The notes under the pieces: generated by a model
Databases searched by the model: none
What the model was told of the DNA's origin: nothing
The model's input: the letters and a program-made list of their open reading frames with translations, nothing else
In this document: positions 30,339 through 41,185 of the stretch, in pieces
Position numbering within the stretch: the stretch's first letter is position 1
Layout: every line of letters starts with the position of its first letter
Source of the DNA: an uncultured bacterium
GTDB taxonomy: Bacteria; Babelota; Babeliae; Babelales; Babelaceae
Assembly (NCBI GenBank): GCA_963824495.1
Contig: CAWGPQ010000011.1
Span: forward strand, 126,654-190,653
Length of the DNA: 64,000 nt
Reading direction: 5' to 3'
Made by a program: the position numbers and the translations under genes

Positions 30339-31838
30339 TCAAAATTGAGCAATAAATTTGTCAAGCTCATGACGCGACATAACTTCTTGATTACGTGCGA
30401 TAAGGTTTCCCCGCTCAAAAACAAGCATACAAGGGATCGATGGTACAACAAACCGTTCTGCAAGTTCAAGCGATTGGCTTGTATCAACTTTAACGAACTT
30501 AACTTTACCCTTGTAGTGGCCAGCAATTGATTCAATAACCGGCAGCATTTGCATACATGAAGGACAATAAGGAGCAAAAAAGTCAACAACAACCAGGGGA
30601 TCAGTACTTGTAACTTCAGCATCAAACTCTGCATTAGACGTAATAGTTGGTATATCAATCTGTACTTTGCCCTCTTCTGGATCAAAATAATGAGCACTTA
30701 TCCGATCAATAAACGACTGATTAACATTGTGATTGCGCAAGAATTTCTCTACATCAAGAGCGGCTTTAATGCCATCACCTGCTGCAACACCTGCTTGACG
30801 GTATTCGTTATCGCATACATCGCCGGCAGCAAAAACACCTGGTACCGATGTTGCTTGTGATCGATCATGCATAACGATATAACCATATGTATCGCAAGCG
30901 ACAGCATGTTTGACAAGAGCAGTATTTGGTTCATGGCCTATTGCCAAAAAGACACCATCAATAGGAAGCATGCGAGCATCTTTATCATTGGTAACAACTT
31001 CAATACCTGTCACAGATTTACCATCACCCACAATGTTGGTAATGTGCGTATTATACAAGACTTTTATGTGCTTATGGTCTTTCAAGCGCTCTTGCATAAT
31101 AGGTGTTGCCCGCATATGATCTCCGCGTACTAGCAGGGTAATGCTTTTTGCATAGCCGACCAGTTGTAACGCTTCAGTTACTGCAGAGTCACCACCACCC
31201 ACGACGACAACATCACAATTTTTATAAAATGGCGCATCGCAAATAGCGCACGTTGTCACACCTTTGCCCCAATATTCATCTTCACCCGGAACGTCAAGCT
31301 TACGAGGATTAGCTCCTGTTGCCAAAATAATAGACAGGGCATAGACACGCTTGCCCTCTTCCGTCCATAGAAGAAATGGCCAGGTTGACAAATCTATACG
31401 CCCAATAGTATCACTAGCCATACGCACACCGAAACTTATTGCCTGCTCACGCAAGCCCCTAATCATATCAGTGCCCATCATTTTAGGCAGACCAGGCCAG
31501 TTTTCAACTTCCGATGTTTTTGTTAACTGACCACCAGGAGTTTTACCATCAAAAGTAACGGTATAGAGATTAAGACGAGCGCAATACAAAGCAGCACTTA
31601 ATCCCGCTGGCCCCGAGCCGATAATGGCTACGTCAACAATCGGGCTTTTTCCTAGTGCATTTTTAAGAACATTTTTAGGGTCAATTTCTTTGCTGAGTGT
31701 AGTTGGTTGATTACTTTTAGGCAGAACTTCAGTAGTCTGTATATACGTAGAAGAATACCAATAGTATGCTCCCATAATACCAGTTAGACATATAAATACT
31801 GCTATGCCTATAAAAACAATAGATTTTTTATGTATCAT
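30339..31838 (-). CDS. trxB: Thioredoxin reductase fused to C-terminal thioredoxin, with N-terminal TM anchor
   Basis: GSGPAG, ENWPG, CAICD, GGGDSA, GVFAAGDV; C-terminal FAPYCPSC thioredoxin domain; start placed at MIHKK. Confidence 0.88.
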   Translation of the reverse strand: MIHKKSIVFIGIAVFICLTGIMGAYYWYSSTYIQTTEVLPKSNQPTTLSKEIDPKNVLKNALGKSPIVDVAIIGSGPAGLSAALYCARLNLYTVTFDGKTPGGQLTKTSEVENWPGLPKMMGTDMIRGLREQAISFGVRMASDTIGRIDLSTWPFLLWTEEGKRVYALSIILATGANPRKLDVPGEDEYWGKGVTTCAICDAPFYKNCDVVVVGGGDSAVTEALQLVGYAKSITLLVRGDHMRATPIMQERLKDHKHIKVLYNTHITNIVGDGKSVTGIEVVTNDKDARMLPIDGVFLAIGHEPNTALVKHAVACDTYGYIVMHDRSQATSVPGVFAAGDVCDNEYRQAGVAAGDGIKAALDVEKFLRNHNVNQSFIDRISAHYFDPEEGKVQIDIPTITSNAEFDAEVTSTDPLVVVDFFAPYCPSCMQMLPVIESIAGHYKGKVKFVKVDTSQSLELAERFVVPSIPCMLVFERGNLIARNQEVMSRHELDKFIAQF

Positions 31839-32104
31839 AAAGTATCCTGTAATAATTATCCTATAATAATTTTTTAAAACTTTTAAAGCCTTGCGATTGC
31901 GCAAAAAATAGCCTTTGTGTATTAAATAATTACTGTTACATATATTAAGTATACCACTATTATGGGAAAGCTCAAAACGCATACGCTCTATCTTAATTCT
32001 GTCTTACTACAGAGAATAAAAATATTTCTATTTGTTAATCAATAATAACTATCTCATCATACACTCTTAGTTTTTAATGAGGTGGTTTTGACAAATCAAG
32101 ACAA

Positions 32105-34927
32105 ATGGTTATCCTAAAGCAATACAGTTATAACAAGCTTATTTCGTATGCTTATAGTAGGGAAAGGCCAAATTTTATGATAGCCCGCTTTTTGCTCGCC
32201 CCATTCTTTAATCGAGCACTGCTCAAATATTTTGTGATGACGATCGCAACAACACTAACGATATCTGTTGGTCTGAGCGCAGAATCTCTCACTATGCCGC
32301 TTCAGCCAATTAATGTACAAGACCTACCTCCTGAATTACGTGCAGCAGGGGAACAGCTCAATGCTCAATTAGCCTTAAACGAGCATTTAAAAACGTGGAC
32401 TCAACAAATCGATAAGTTACAAGCTCAGTTACAATATCTTGAGCAGGCCCTTAATAAGGGCACGCTCAAATTTGATAATAGAGATGCCATTATTGCCTGG
32501 ATTCAAGAGCAACGACAAACGCTGCGCGCGCTCCATAAAGCATCCTTCTTGGTCCCCAACGAAAAACTATTGCACGATCTATTATCTACCAATAACATAA
32601 TCTTACATTTAAACAAAAAAGCCCTCGAAAGCAGATTTAGCGAACTCGTACCCGTTAATGCTGATAGCTTGCTTACACGAAGTCAATTAAGTGACGGCCC
32701 TACGCTTGCAACCATCGCAGAGCTTGCAACATCAACAGCTCAATCCCTTACGGAACTTGATGTGCTCATTAATGACGTTGGCTTAACAACAGCCAACAAA
32801 ATCTTTAGAAAAATTGACGAATATAACAATGATTATCACGTGGCTAAAATTGCCCTTGCTGCACCTATCGCCTTCAGTATATTAATAAGAGCACTTCCCG
32901 ATTGGAGCTGGAAACAATGGATCTCTCATAAAGTATATGGCGAAAACAGGCCAGAATGGAATCTTTCGCTATGGCCTATTCCCGGCTTAACCCTCAAGGA
33001 ATCTGCATCACTTAATGTTGTTGGTATCGCTCAACTCATACAGCAGCAGACTAATCTTTTTGATGATCGAGCAGCAGATCCAAGTCATAAAGCTAAAATT
33101 TTACGAAATCTTGAATCTATAACTCAAAAAGTACTTAAAGCACCACCCGGTAGCGAAATAGAGAGAGCATCACTTCTTAAAACCTATGCAGATGCTCTTC
33201 GTGCTATTTCAGAACATTTGCCCGAGGTAGGACCAGAGGCTCAAGCTCTAGCATCGAACACTCACATTACACTATTTAGAGTCACAGACAAGATGAATGA
33301 GGCAATTGGCGTTCTTCTACAAGAGTCCAACAAAAATGGATCTTCCTCCGGTCATTATGCTACGCTAGAAAAAACGCTTGTCCAACTAATAACCTATTAT
33401 GCATTTTTCCAGTATCTTCGTCCTTATGTACTACCTAAGCCGTGGAATGCTGTTCTCGATCAACTTCCTGAAAAGTTATGGGAGCTTTGGAAAGAAAAAT
33501 GGCATGAGCTCAAAGGGACTAACTTTACTGAACGACGTGATCTTTATGAAGTTATTGACGATATTACGCTTGATGATCCACGATTAATTGGGCTTAATCA
33601 GCAACGAGAGGAGCTTAAATTTATAGCCAATTATCTCCTTGATCCTGAATACTATATACGTGTTGGAACAGAAATAGAAAAGGGTATTTTATTAGTTGGT
33701 CCTTCGCGAAGCGGTAAGACTTTTGCTGCAAAAGCATTAGCAGGTACGGTTAATCAACTCTATGCCCAACATAACAAAAAAGACACGTTTGGATTTAGGG
33801 AAGTTAAGTACTGGGAATTATGGTTCCCGGATAATCTTAAGAATATTATCGAAGAAGCAAAACGCAATGCACCCTGCATTATCTTTATCGACGAGATCCA
33901 TAACCTACAGTTACAAACAACAGGAAAAACTGACCTATTAACACAGTTTTTAACAACCATGAACGATCTTTATGCTTCAAATGATCCAAAAAGCCAGGTA
34001 TTTATTGTCGCTGCAACAAATAGACCCGATCTTCTTGATCCAGCGCTTTTACAACATAAACGATTTGGTAAAATTATTAGGTTTAATCCACCAACCTATG
34101 AAGAGCGTAAAAACTTTTTCATACTCAGCTGTTGGCAATCAGCAATTGACTTGAACGATGTTAGCGTTGAAGTTTTAGCACGTCAAACCTCAGGATGTTC
34201 ATATGGTGATCTGCAACGTATCATGAATCAAGCTCGTATCGCTACAAATAACCTAGAAAGCGTTAAGCAGTCTCACCTGCAAAGAGCACTTGATGAAGTT
34301 ATTCGTCATTTAACCGACACCATACCCTTAACTGCTGCTGAAAAACGGTTAGTTGCGACGTATCAAGCAGGACAAGCACTTGCTTATTATCTGCTTAACC
34401 CGCATGAAAAACTCGAATCAGTAACTATTCGCTCACGAGCAAGCAAGATCATTGAGATCAATGAGTTTATGGAAAAGAAAGACAGCACGAGTAAGCATCA
34501 GCAGCACAAATCAGAATTTGGAGCACTCTTTACGTATAACGATAATGAGCTTTTAGGTGTTACTGATACAAACGAACTTAAAGCTCGCGCTCAAATAGCC
34601 TGTGCTGGAATTCTCGCTCAAGATATTTTGCTCGGTTCACACTCACTTAATTACCATAAAGATGACATGCAAAAAGCACTTCAGCACGTAAAAGCTATTG
34701 TCTTTAACGGATTAGCAGAGAACGAACTTTCTAAAGCCACCGTTGACAAACTTAACGACACAGCTCTGCAAGACTTAATGACGTATAAGCAAGAACTTGA
34801 GCACCTCATGCTCAATAATAAAGATACGCTTATAGCTATCGTCAATGCGCTTGAATCAAATATAACGCTTACTGCCGAAGATATTGCTCACATTGTCAAA
34901 CAACTATCTACTCAACAAGTAGCTTAA
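32105..34927 (+). CDS. FtsH-like AAA+ ATPase with degenerate M41 protease domain
   Basis: GPSRSGKT, IIFIDEI, AATNRPDLLDPALL; ATYQAGQ where FtsH has HEAGH. Confidence 0.8.
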   Translation: MVILKQYSYNKLISYAYSRERPNFMIARFLLAPFFNRALLKYFVMTIATTLTISVGLSAESLTMPLQPINVQDLPPELRAAGEQLNAQLALNEHLKTWTQQIDKLQAQLQYLEQALNKGTLKFDNRDAIIAWIQEQRQTLRALHKASFLVPNEKLLHDLLSTNNIILHLNKKALESRFSELVPVNADSLLTRSQLSDGPTLATIAELATSTAQSLTELDVLINDVGLTTANKIFRKIDEYNNDYHVAKIALAAPIAFSILIRALPDWSWKQWISHKVYGENRPEWNLSLWPIPGLTLKESASLNVVGIAQLIQQQTNLFDDRAADPSHKAKILRNLESITQKVLKAPPGSEIERASLLKTYADALRAISEHLPEVGPEAQALASNTHITLFRVTDKMNEAIGVLLQESNKNGSSSGHYATLEKTLVQLITYYAFFQYLRPYVLPKPWNAVLDQLPEKLWELWKEKWHELKGTNFTERRDLYEVIDDITLDDPRLIGLNQQREELKFIANYLLDPEYYIRVGTEIEKGILLVGPSRSGKTFAAKALAGTVNQLYAQHNKKDTFGFREVKYWELWFPDNLKNIIEEAKRNAPCIIFIDEIHNLQLQTTGKTDLLTQFLTTMNDLYASNDPKSQVFIVAATNRPDLLDPALLQHKRFGKIIRFNPPTYEERKNFFILSCWQSAIDLNDVSVEVLARQTSGCSYGDLQRIMNQARIATNNLESVKQSHLQRALDEVIRHLTDTIPLTAAEKRLVATYQAGQALAYYLLNPHEKLESVTIRSRASKIIEINEFMEKKDSTSKHQQHKSEFGALFTYNDNELLGVTDTNELKARAQIACAGILAQDILLGSHSLNYHKDDMQKALQHVKAIVFNGLAENELSKATVDKLNDTALQDLMTYKQELEHLMLNNKDTLIAIVNALESNITLTAEDIAHIVKQLSTQQVA

Positions 34928-34967
34928 TCAGGATAAGGGGGCTTGCTGCCTCCTTAAGACACAACTA

Positions 34968-35465
34968 TTAAGAAACACATATATTGTCTTCAATACTATC
35001 TATAACCATAAGGCGCTCTGCGTAACGGTTGCCTTTAAACGTTGCACCAAGCCAGGCAATAACACTTGCTACCGCCTGTTCATGCGTTATGAAATCTGCA
35101 GGCAACACTAAAACATTAATATTATCGTCTTCTTTGCCAACACGTGCTATTGTCTCGTTCCACGCAACACCGGCATAAATACCACGAAATCTATTAGCAG
35201 CTACCGCCATTCCTTGGCCACTACCGCAAATTAAGATACCTTTATCTGCTTTTTCTTCAAGAATAAGGTGACAGACTGGCGGTACAAAACAAGGATAATC
35301 GGATCGCTCAGCAGTGAATGCTCCTATATCTCGCCACATTAACGCATAGCTGGGGGGATACTTATAATCTTTAAGAAAATCTTTGAGCAAGAAACCACGG
35401 TGATCTGCACCAATAGCAATCGTAACATTCATTACCAGTACTCCTTTTTCAATTGCCTTAATCAC
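34968..35465 (-). CDS. rpiB: RpiB/LacA/LacB sugar-phosphate isomerase
   Basis: IGADHRG, SDYP, ICGSGQGM..AANRF.GI; probable start at MNVT (35432). Confidence 0.9.
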   Translation of the reverse strand: MIKAIEKGVLVMNVTIAIGADHRGFLLKDFLKDYKYPPSYALMWRDIGAFTAERSDYPCFVPPVCHLILEEKADKGILICGSGQGMAVAANRFRGIYAGVAWNETIARVGKEDDNINVLVLPADFITHEQAVASVIAWLGATFKGNRYAERLMVIDSIEDNICVS

Positions 35466-35524
35466 ATGAGAAGTGCTATACTAACTTCTTATTACATTCA
35501 TTATATCTTAACCTCGGAGGCATT

Positions 35525-36853
35525 GTGATTACTAGGTCTTTTTGTAGAGTGTTCATACTTTTATGCATTTTTGCAGCAACAACACAAAAGCCTCTCGAGG
35601 GAATGAAGCTAAATCATAGTGGTAGTGGTCAATCTAGCCCGTCGGCTCCTTTTTGGAGTATGCTCTTTTATGCTCCAATCAGCACTGGAGTTTATATAGG
35701 AACACAGCAACTTGCAAAAATTGTTATTGATAAAGCTTACTATCTCAATGAGTTTGAAGCATACGTAGCAAAAAATTTCCCCCTCATTGCTGCATGTGTT
35801 CCCTTGAAAGCTTTATTTAGAAAAAATGCTCAAATTATTTTAACAAATTTTCTTGAGCGGGGATTTCTTGCTCAAACTCTCGTGAGCACCCCTGACAATA
35901 AAATGTATAAAGGGGCATGGGAGCTCGGGACCAAAATCCCTCACGGCTACGATATGAATTACGCAATTTGGCAAGCAGAGAGCTTGCTGCCTGCAAGCTC
36001 GCAGGAAACACTATCTGCTGCCCACTATAGTGGGGTTATAAGCACACTACCATCTGATACAGGAATCGATATACCGCTTGCGCTTGGCTCTCCTCTTGAT
36101 TCTTTTGCTGAAGAGCTTATACCAAAGAGTGAGTATTCTAGTAAAAATACAAACCCTTCTTTTACCGAGAGAATCAAGAATTTCTTATCCCCAGCAGGTA
36201 TAAAAGGCTTTGTCTATTGGTCAATGGCATACGCTTTTGGTAAGCTTGCCAAACAAATAACTGATGAAACAAAACCTCTGGTACGGGGCTTATGGGCTTT
36301 GCCTAGTAGGGAAGACGACAGGAGCATAACGATAAGCAACATTTATCGCCTCGGCGAAACGCGAGGTAAAGATATGCCTTGGAAAGAGGGACTTTCCGCT
36401 TCCGAGGTTATCTGTGCTATAATTTCTATCAACAGCTTTATGATTCTCGCCACAATTTTTGAACAGGCTTTTTGGAAAGAGGTACAAGATCCCGTAACAC
36501 TTCCTGGCAAACTTCTTGCCGTCGATGAAAAAGATCCTGCCTATGAGTTTCTTCAAAAAATGTATAAAGCTGGCACCAAAGCTACTCAAGTAGAACGAGG
36601 GTGGGAAAGTGTGGGCAAAGCTATCGGCTTTGAAAAGATTGGATCTTATGCACTGCCTTTAACTGTGGCAAGTATAGCACCCTCATTTTCACCATTCTTT
36701 CCCATTAAAGAAAGGCATGACCATCATCATGTAGCACCGCACGTACAGGTGACAGTACCTGTGCCTGAGCCCGTATCTAATGCATCGGCACCATCGGTTA
36801 TTTTTTATCCAATTACGACACATAACGAATCACAAGAAAAAAGCGAACTTTAA
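35525..36853 (+). CDS. Hypothetical secreted/membrane protein, ends KSEL
   Basis: Long ORF, GGAGG RBS, signal-like N-terminus. Confidence 0.7.
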   Translation: MITRSFCRVFILLCIFAATTQKPLEGMKLNHSGSGQSSPSAPFWSMLFYAPISTGVYIGTQQLAKIVIDKAYYLNEFEAYVAKNFPLIAACVPLKALFRKNAQIILTNFLERGFLAQTLVSTPDNKMYKGAWELGTKIPHGYDMNYAIWQAESLLPASSQETLSAAHYSGVISTLPSDTGIDIPLALGSPLDSFAEELIPKSEYSSKNTNPSFTERIKNFLSPAGIKGFVYWSMAYAFGKLAKQITDETKPLVRGLWALPSREDDRSITISNIYRLGETRGKDMPWKEGLSASEVICAIISINSFMILATIFEQAFWKEVQDPVTLPGKLLAVDEKDPAYEFLQKMYKAGTKATQVERGWESVGKAIGFEKIGSYALPLTVASIAPSFSPFFPIKERHDHHHVAPHVQVTVPVPEPVSNASAPSVIFYPITTHNESQEKSEL

Positions 36854-36870
36854 CTTGCCCAAAGGAACAT

Positions 36871-37782
36871 ATGGCCACATCTCTTTCATCTATAAAACTG
36901 TTTATGCTGACCACAGGCATCGGTCTTATGAGCTACCAAGTTTCCCATGCACTTCCTCCTGTGCTTGAAGCATTGAAGTATGGCGCAGTTGGATATGGCG
37001 CAACCAATTTTCTTTGGTCTGTTGGCAGACTTAGTGAAGATTCATCAAGTCTTGATACACTACAATCATACTTACCATCAGAAATTCCTGTAAAGTTTCT
37101 GGTTGCAAAAAATATACAAATTATACTCGGCATATTAGCTCAAAAGAAATTAGCTCCTGAGGGACTTGCAAAAGCTGCCTTTGAAAGCGGCTTACCTCTT
37201 TATTTTTTAGTCAATGCTGGATGGGATTTTGCTAAGGCATACACTATGGCTCAGGCAGAATTTTTAGCTCCCGATACAAGTACTGCGTATACGAATAACC
37301 CAACGCTCAATGATTTGTGTGATCTGCCTACCGGCTACGATGTGCCTAACGCACAAACTGACTATAGTGTCAATTCAACAACTGATACCAACCATGAGCT
37401 CGTAGCACCAGCAAAGGATATCCCTTGGGAAGCGTTTGTCGCTACAGCTGCGGGAGCAACATTCATGACATTCCTCACTGAAGCAATTGCAAAGGGCCTT
37501 GCAGACACAACTGCTCCTTATCTGGGCATCCCTGCTGGGGCCCCAAGCTTACCCAAGATACTTCTTGAGGCAAATCTCTCTATTATCATGTGGTTTATGG
37601 GCGCAAAAGCATTTTTTAATTGGGCAAAACATCCTGAATCTCTTGGCTATACTACAATAGGCAAATATTGCAAAGACACGTCTACAGAATCTTGGATTGA
37701 TAAAATATACTCAGCAAGCTCTGGCCTATCATTTGCTTATGGTTCTAGCAGCCCTGCTCAAGATGTTTGGCGGCAACTATAG
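36871..37782 (+). CDS. Hypothetical secreted/membrane protein
   Basis: Long ORF, AAGGA RBS, signal peptide ending SHA. Confidence 0.7.
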   Translation: MATSLSSIKLFMLTTGIGLMSYQVSHALPPVLEALKYGAVGYGATNFLWSVGRLSEDSSSLDTLQSYLPSEIPVKFLVAKNIQIILGILAQKKLAPEGLAKAAFESGLPLYFLVNAGWDFAKAYTMAQAEFLAPDTSTAYTNNPTLNDLCDLPTGYDVPNAQTDYSVNSTTDTNHELVAPAKDIPWEAFVATAAGATFMTFLTEAIAKGLADTTAPYLGIPAGAPSLPKILLEANLSIIMWFMGAKAFFNWAKHPESLGYTTIGKYCKDTSTESWIDKIYSASSGLSFAYGSSSPAQDVWRQL

Positions 37783-37960
37783 CAGTATACACGGCTCTGG
37801 GGCTAACGTATTTCACCCAGAGCCCCTTTCTTGTACTCGTGCCTCCATTTTACAAGTAGTAATTCTTAATTAAGTTTTTCAAAAATTTGATTTATTTAGC
37901 ATATCGCTTATACTAAATATTGGAATTACTATTAATCATATAATTTCAACAGGAGGCTAT

Positions 37961-39001
37961 ATGAAAACAGGTCTCGTATTCAAATATCTTGGCACGTATA
38001 TTTTTGCCACAAGCCTAGCAGTAACCCCTCTTTATTCGATACCATTACGCGAAGCAGTCGCTGCAGCCGAATATGCCGGCTTTGGTTTTGCAGCAGGAGA
38101 AGTGAGCAAAATCCTGAGTAAAGGAACAATAAAAGTCCTTAAAGATTATATGCCAGAAGCAGTCAATCCTAAAACTCTTCAAGACTATCTTCCCGAAACC
38201 CTAAATTGGGTAAGTCTTGATAAAATGCAAAGCACAACATTTAAAACTCTTTTTTTAAGCGCTATCCAAACCGTAGTGCTTAATCATCTAGCAAAGCCCA
38301 CTGAGAACTATGCAAAGCTCGATGAGAAGTTTTACGATGCTGGATCAAAATCGTATCTTGTCTATGAAGCTTATACTATTGCCTCTAAATTATGGGAAGT
38401 CTGGCGTCTCCAGAATGCTTCAGCACAAGAGTTCTCTCTTCCACAGGAAGCACCACAAGCTGCATTACCGTTTTCTTCTCTTGTAAAGCTTCAAGCACTT
38501 ATGTATAAGAATGCCAGCAGTACTGATCAGGAGGCACGTACTGCCTTAATTACTTTATATCGATGTTTGCCGGAAGACACGGCTATACGTAAGACAATTA
38601 AGCAAACCTGCAAAGAAAAACTCATCTACAAATTCGGTAACGACATCAAGCAGCTTTTAGGAGAGCAGCCTCGAGAACAAGGGGTAGATACTACAGAACT
38701 TCTTAAGAAGATACTTTTTAATGTTTTTGTTGGGTATTCTATCGCTGGGGCTGGGCAAACAACGTCAAGCAAGATTTTAAAATTTGCGCCCGAAAAACCT
38801 GAGTTACTGAGCCAGATCATAGGTAAAAATATAGGGGTGAACGCTGAATCGCTTGGATCTTCCTTTGTACCAGAACCAATCAACAAGCAAGAAGGTACTA
38901 TTGCTGATGACTCACTTTCGCTGGGCAGCAAAGTATTTCGCGCATATAAGGCCATACCTGCTTGGCTAAGCGCATGGGCTGCGCTGAAAACAGCCAAATA
39001 A
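37961..39001 (+). CDS. Hypothetical secreted protein
   Basis: Long ORF, AGGAGG RBS, signal-like N-terminus. Confidence 0.7.
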   Translation: MKTGLVFKYLGTYIFATSLAVTPLYSIPLREAVAAAEYAGFGFAAGEVSKILSKGTIKVLKDYMPEAVNPKTLQDYLPETLNWVSLDKMQSTTFKTLFLSAIQTVVLNHLAKPTENYAKLDEKFYDAGSKSYLVYEAYTIASKLWEVWRLQNASAQEFSLPQEAPQAALPFSSLVKLQALMYKNASSTDQEARTALITLYRCLPEDTAIRKTIKQTCKEKLIYKFGNDIKQLLGEQPREQGVDTTELLKKILFNVFVGYSIAGAGQTTSSKILKFAPEKPELLSQIIGKNIGVNAESLGSSFVPEPINKQEGTIADDSLSLGSKVFRAYKAIPAWLSAWAALKTAK

Positions 39002-39112
39002 CTTTGATAATTTTTATCAAGCACCTGCTGTTTTACCCACTCTGCAGGTGCTTGCCTTTTATGGTAATCTTATGCGTGATTATATAGTATAACTTTACGG
39101 GGGTTATTTCGG

Positions 39113-40336
39113 ATGCTTGCATTACAAGCTTTCTTAGCCTGGCGCTTTATTCGTAGCTCATCTCAAAAAAGCATCTCCATCATGATCAAAGTGTGCTTTT
39201 TAGGGATCAGTATTGGTACATTTGCGCTAGCACTAGCAGTGGCTATTATGAATGGTTTTGAGCAGGCAACACGAAACAAAATGCAGGGAGTGCACTCAGA
39301 CCTCATACTACATTCTTCACGATATGCTTTAAACAGTGCCAAAATACGCTCAACGCTTCTGAAGGATTATAGTACATCTATAGCTGAAGTCAGCCCACTG
39401 GCCAAAGGTCACGCTCTTATTACATCAACACGAGCTCGTGATCTATCAAGTTTGGTTATGGTCATTGGTATTGATCCAAGTACCTATGCTCATATTAGCT
39501 CGTTGGGATCCATGGTGCAGCCGAGTAGTCCTTTAGATGAGCTTGTCTTTGATACTCATATTATCGTTGGTCACAAGCTTGCAGCAAGCCTCGCCCTGAA
39601 GAGCAATGACCCCGTTACCCTGTTTGTTACATCTGATACTGAGCCTGTTAAAAACACGCTTACACTTGATTCCCATGAAGCAGTACTTCAGGGTACTTTT
39701 AAGACAGGTATTGATGAATTCGATGCTAATATTATTATGTGCTCACTTTCTCTGTTCGAAGAACTGTTTCCTGAGGTCGGTATAAAAGAACTAGGCATTA
39801 AACTTAAGCCCGGTGCTCAGGAAAGCACTCTCATACCTATACTTAAGAAGCGTCTTAATCTTGATGTTTATTCATGGAAGGAGCTCTATCCTGCTCTTCT
39901 TTCAACACTTGCGCTTGAGAAATATGCAGCATTTTTTATTATGGCACTCATTACGCTTGTTGCCAGCATGAATCTTATATCGCTCTTGTTTATGTATCTA
40001 ACGAGCAAAAAAGCAACTATCGCTGTCTTAAAAGCCATGGGTACAGGTGACCGTGATATTATTTGTATATTTAGCATGATAGGTATGGCAATATCCTGTT
40101 GTGCTACAGTTGCAGGGCTCATGCTAGCCTATGGCGTAAGCGTTATACTCGAATGGTACCCCTTTATCAAGTTACCCGATACTTATTATGTCTCCCATTT
40201 ACCAGCAAAAATGGATTGGCAGATCGCCTTGTCAGTTGCAGCCATTGTTCTTATACTTAGTTTCATCTCCACATGGTTTACCGCCCAACGCTCACAACGC
40301 ATAGCCATAAGCTCTCTTCTACGAGAGCCAATCTAG
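39113..40336 (+). CDS. LolC/E (FtsX/MacB-type) lipoprotein-releasing ABC permease
   Basis: GISIGTFALALAVAIMNGFE, SWKELYPALL.TL.LEK, IAVLKAMG, YYVSHLP. Confidence 0.88.
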   Translation: MLALQAFLAWRFIRSSSQKSISIMIKVCFLGISIGTFALALAVAIMNGFEQATRNKMQGVHSDLILHSSRYALNSAKIRSTLLKDYSTSIAEVSPLAKGHALITSTRARDLSSLVMVIGIDPSTYAHISSLGSMVQPSSPLDELVFDTHIIVGHKLAASLALKSNDPVTLFVTSDTEPVKNTLTLDSHEAVLQGTFKTGIDEFDANIIMCSLSLFEELFPEVGIKELGIKLKPGAQESTLIPILKKRLNLDVYSWKELYPALLSTLALEKYAAFFIMALITLVASMNLISLLFMYLTSKKATIAVLKAMGTGDRDIICIFSMIGMAISCCATVAGLMLAYGVSVILEWYPFIKLPDTYYVSHLPAKMDWQIALSVAAIVLILSFISTWFTAQRSQRIAISSLLREPI

Positions 40337-40367
40337 TTTAACCGAGATCTAGAATGCATCAGAGTTC

Positions 40368-41063
40368 TTATAGTTCTTCATGAACGTGAGCTTCTAATTC
40401 AACGCCACTATATGAATTAGCAGTCTCTTGGATAAGAAATTCTGCTGAAGGCTGTATGTCTTGAGGTGTTGGCAATAAGCGCTTTGCGCCACGCGGTAAA
40501 TGTGAATAGACTGTCTCATAAAACTCAAGCAATACAGGAATAAAATTATACTCCAGAACCACACTTCTGCCTAAGCCACTCACTTTATTTCGAAACATAG
40601 GTTTAACCTCTTTTACAATATGAGGCATATGAGCATAACTAATATCCTGTGCAGCGACTATAAGATTTACAAGGACCTTGGCAAGCTTTTCCCTGCCGGC
40701 TTCCCGAGCCTCACGGCTTTCAGGATTTATAATAGTCTCTAATAATTTACTTGTCGGAAAAATCTCAATTTCTAAATTTGGGTTATAAGGGGAAATAGAT
40801 CGTTGTGGTCCTTTTATCAGTGATTGGATAGTTGCATGGATGAGTCTTGCGATTACACGAGCAACTCGTACTTGATCTGATATATTTAAAGATTGTATAT
40901 AGAGAGTGTACCACTCTTCAGCAGGACCCTTTGCCTCCTGCTGCACCTCATCACTAAATCTCAGGATCTCACGTATTACGTCTTCTTGAGCAACAAGAGG
41001 TATAGAAGCGAAAAGATTTATAGACCCAATTATAACTAGTAGATTTTTTATATTTTTCATCAT
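40368..41063 (-). CDS. Hypothetical secreted protein, ends HEEL
   Basis: Signal peptide (MKNIKNLLVIIG...LVA/QE). Confidence 0.7.
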   Translation of the reverse strand: MMKNIKNLLVIIGSINLFASIPLVAQEDVIREILRFSDEVQQEAKGPAEEWYTLYIQSLNISDQVRVARVIARLIHATIQSLIKGPQRSISPYNPNLEIEIFPTSKLLETIINPESREAREAGREKLAKVLVNLIVAAQDISYAHMPHIVKEVKPMFRNKVSGLGRSVVLEYNFIPVLLEFYETVYSHLPRGAKRLLPTPQDIQPSAEFLIQETANSYSGVELEAHVHEEL

Positions 41064-41185
41064 GCATATTTTTATTTTTAAATTTTAAAAAAATTAACTA
41101 CATACTATTCTTTTATGTACTGCTGCATACCAAAGCCAACAAGTATTCTTATTGGCAGGGGAAATTTGGTAGCAGCAGTACAACG

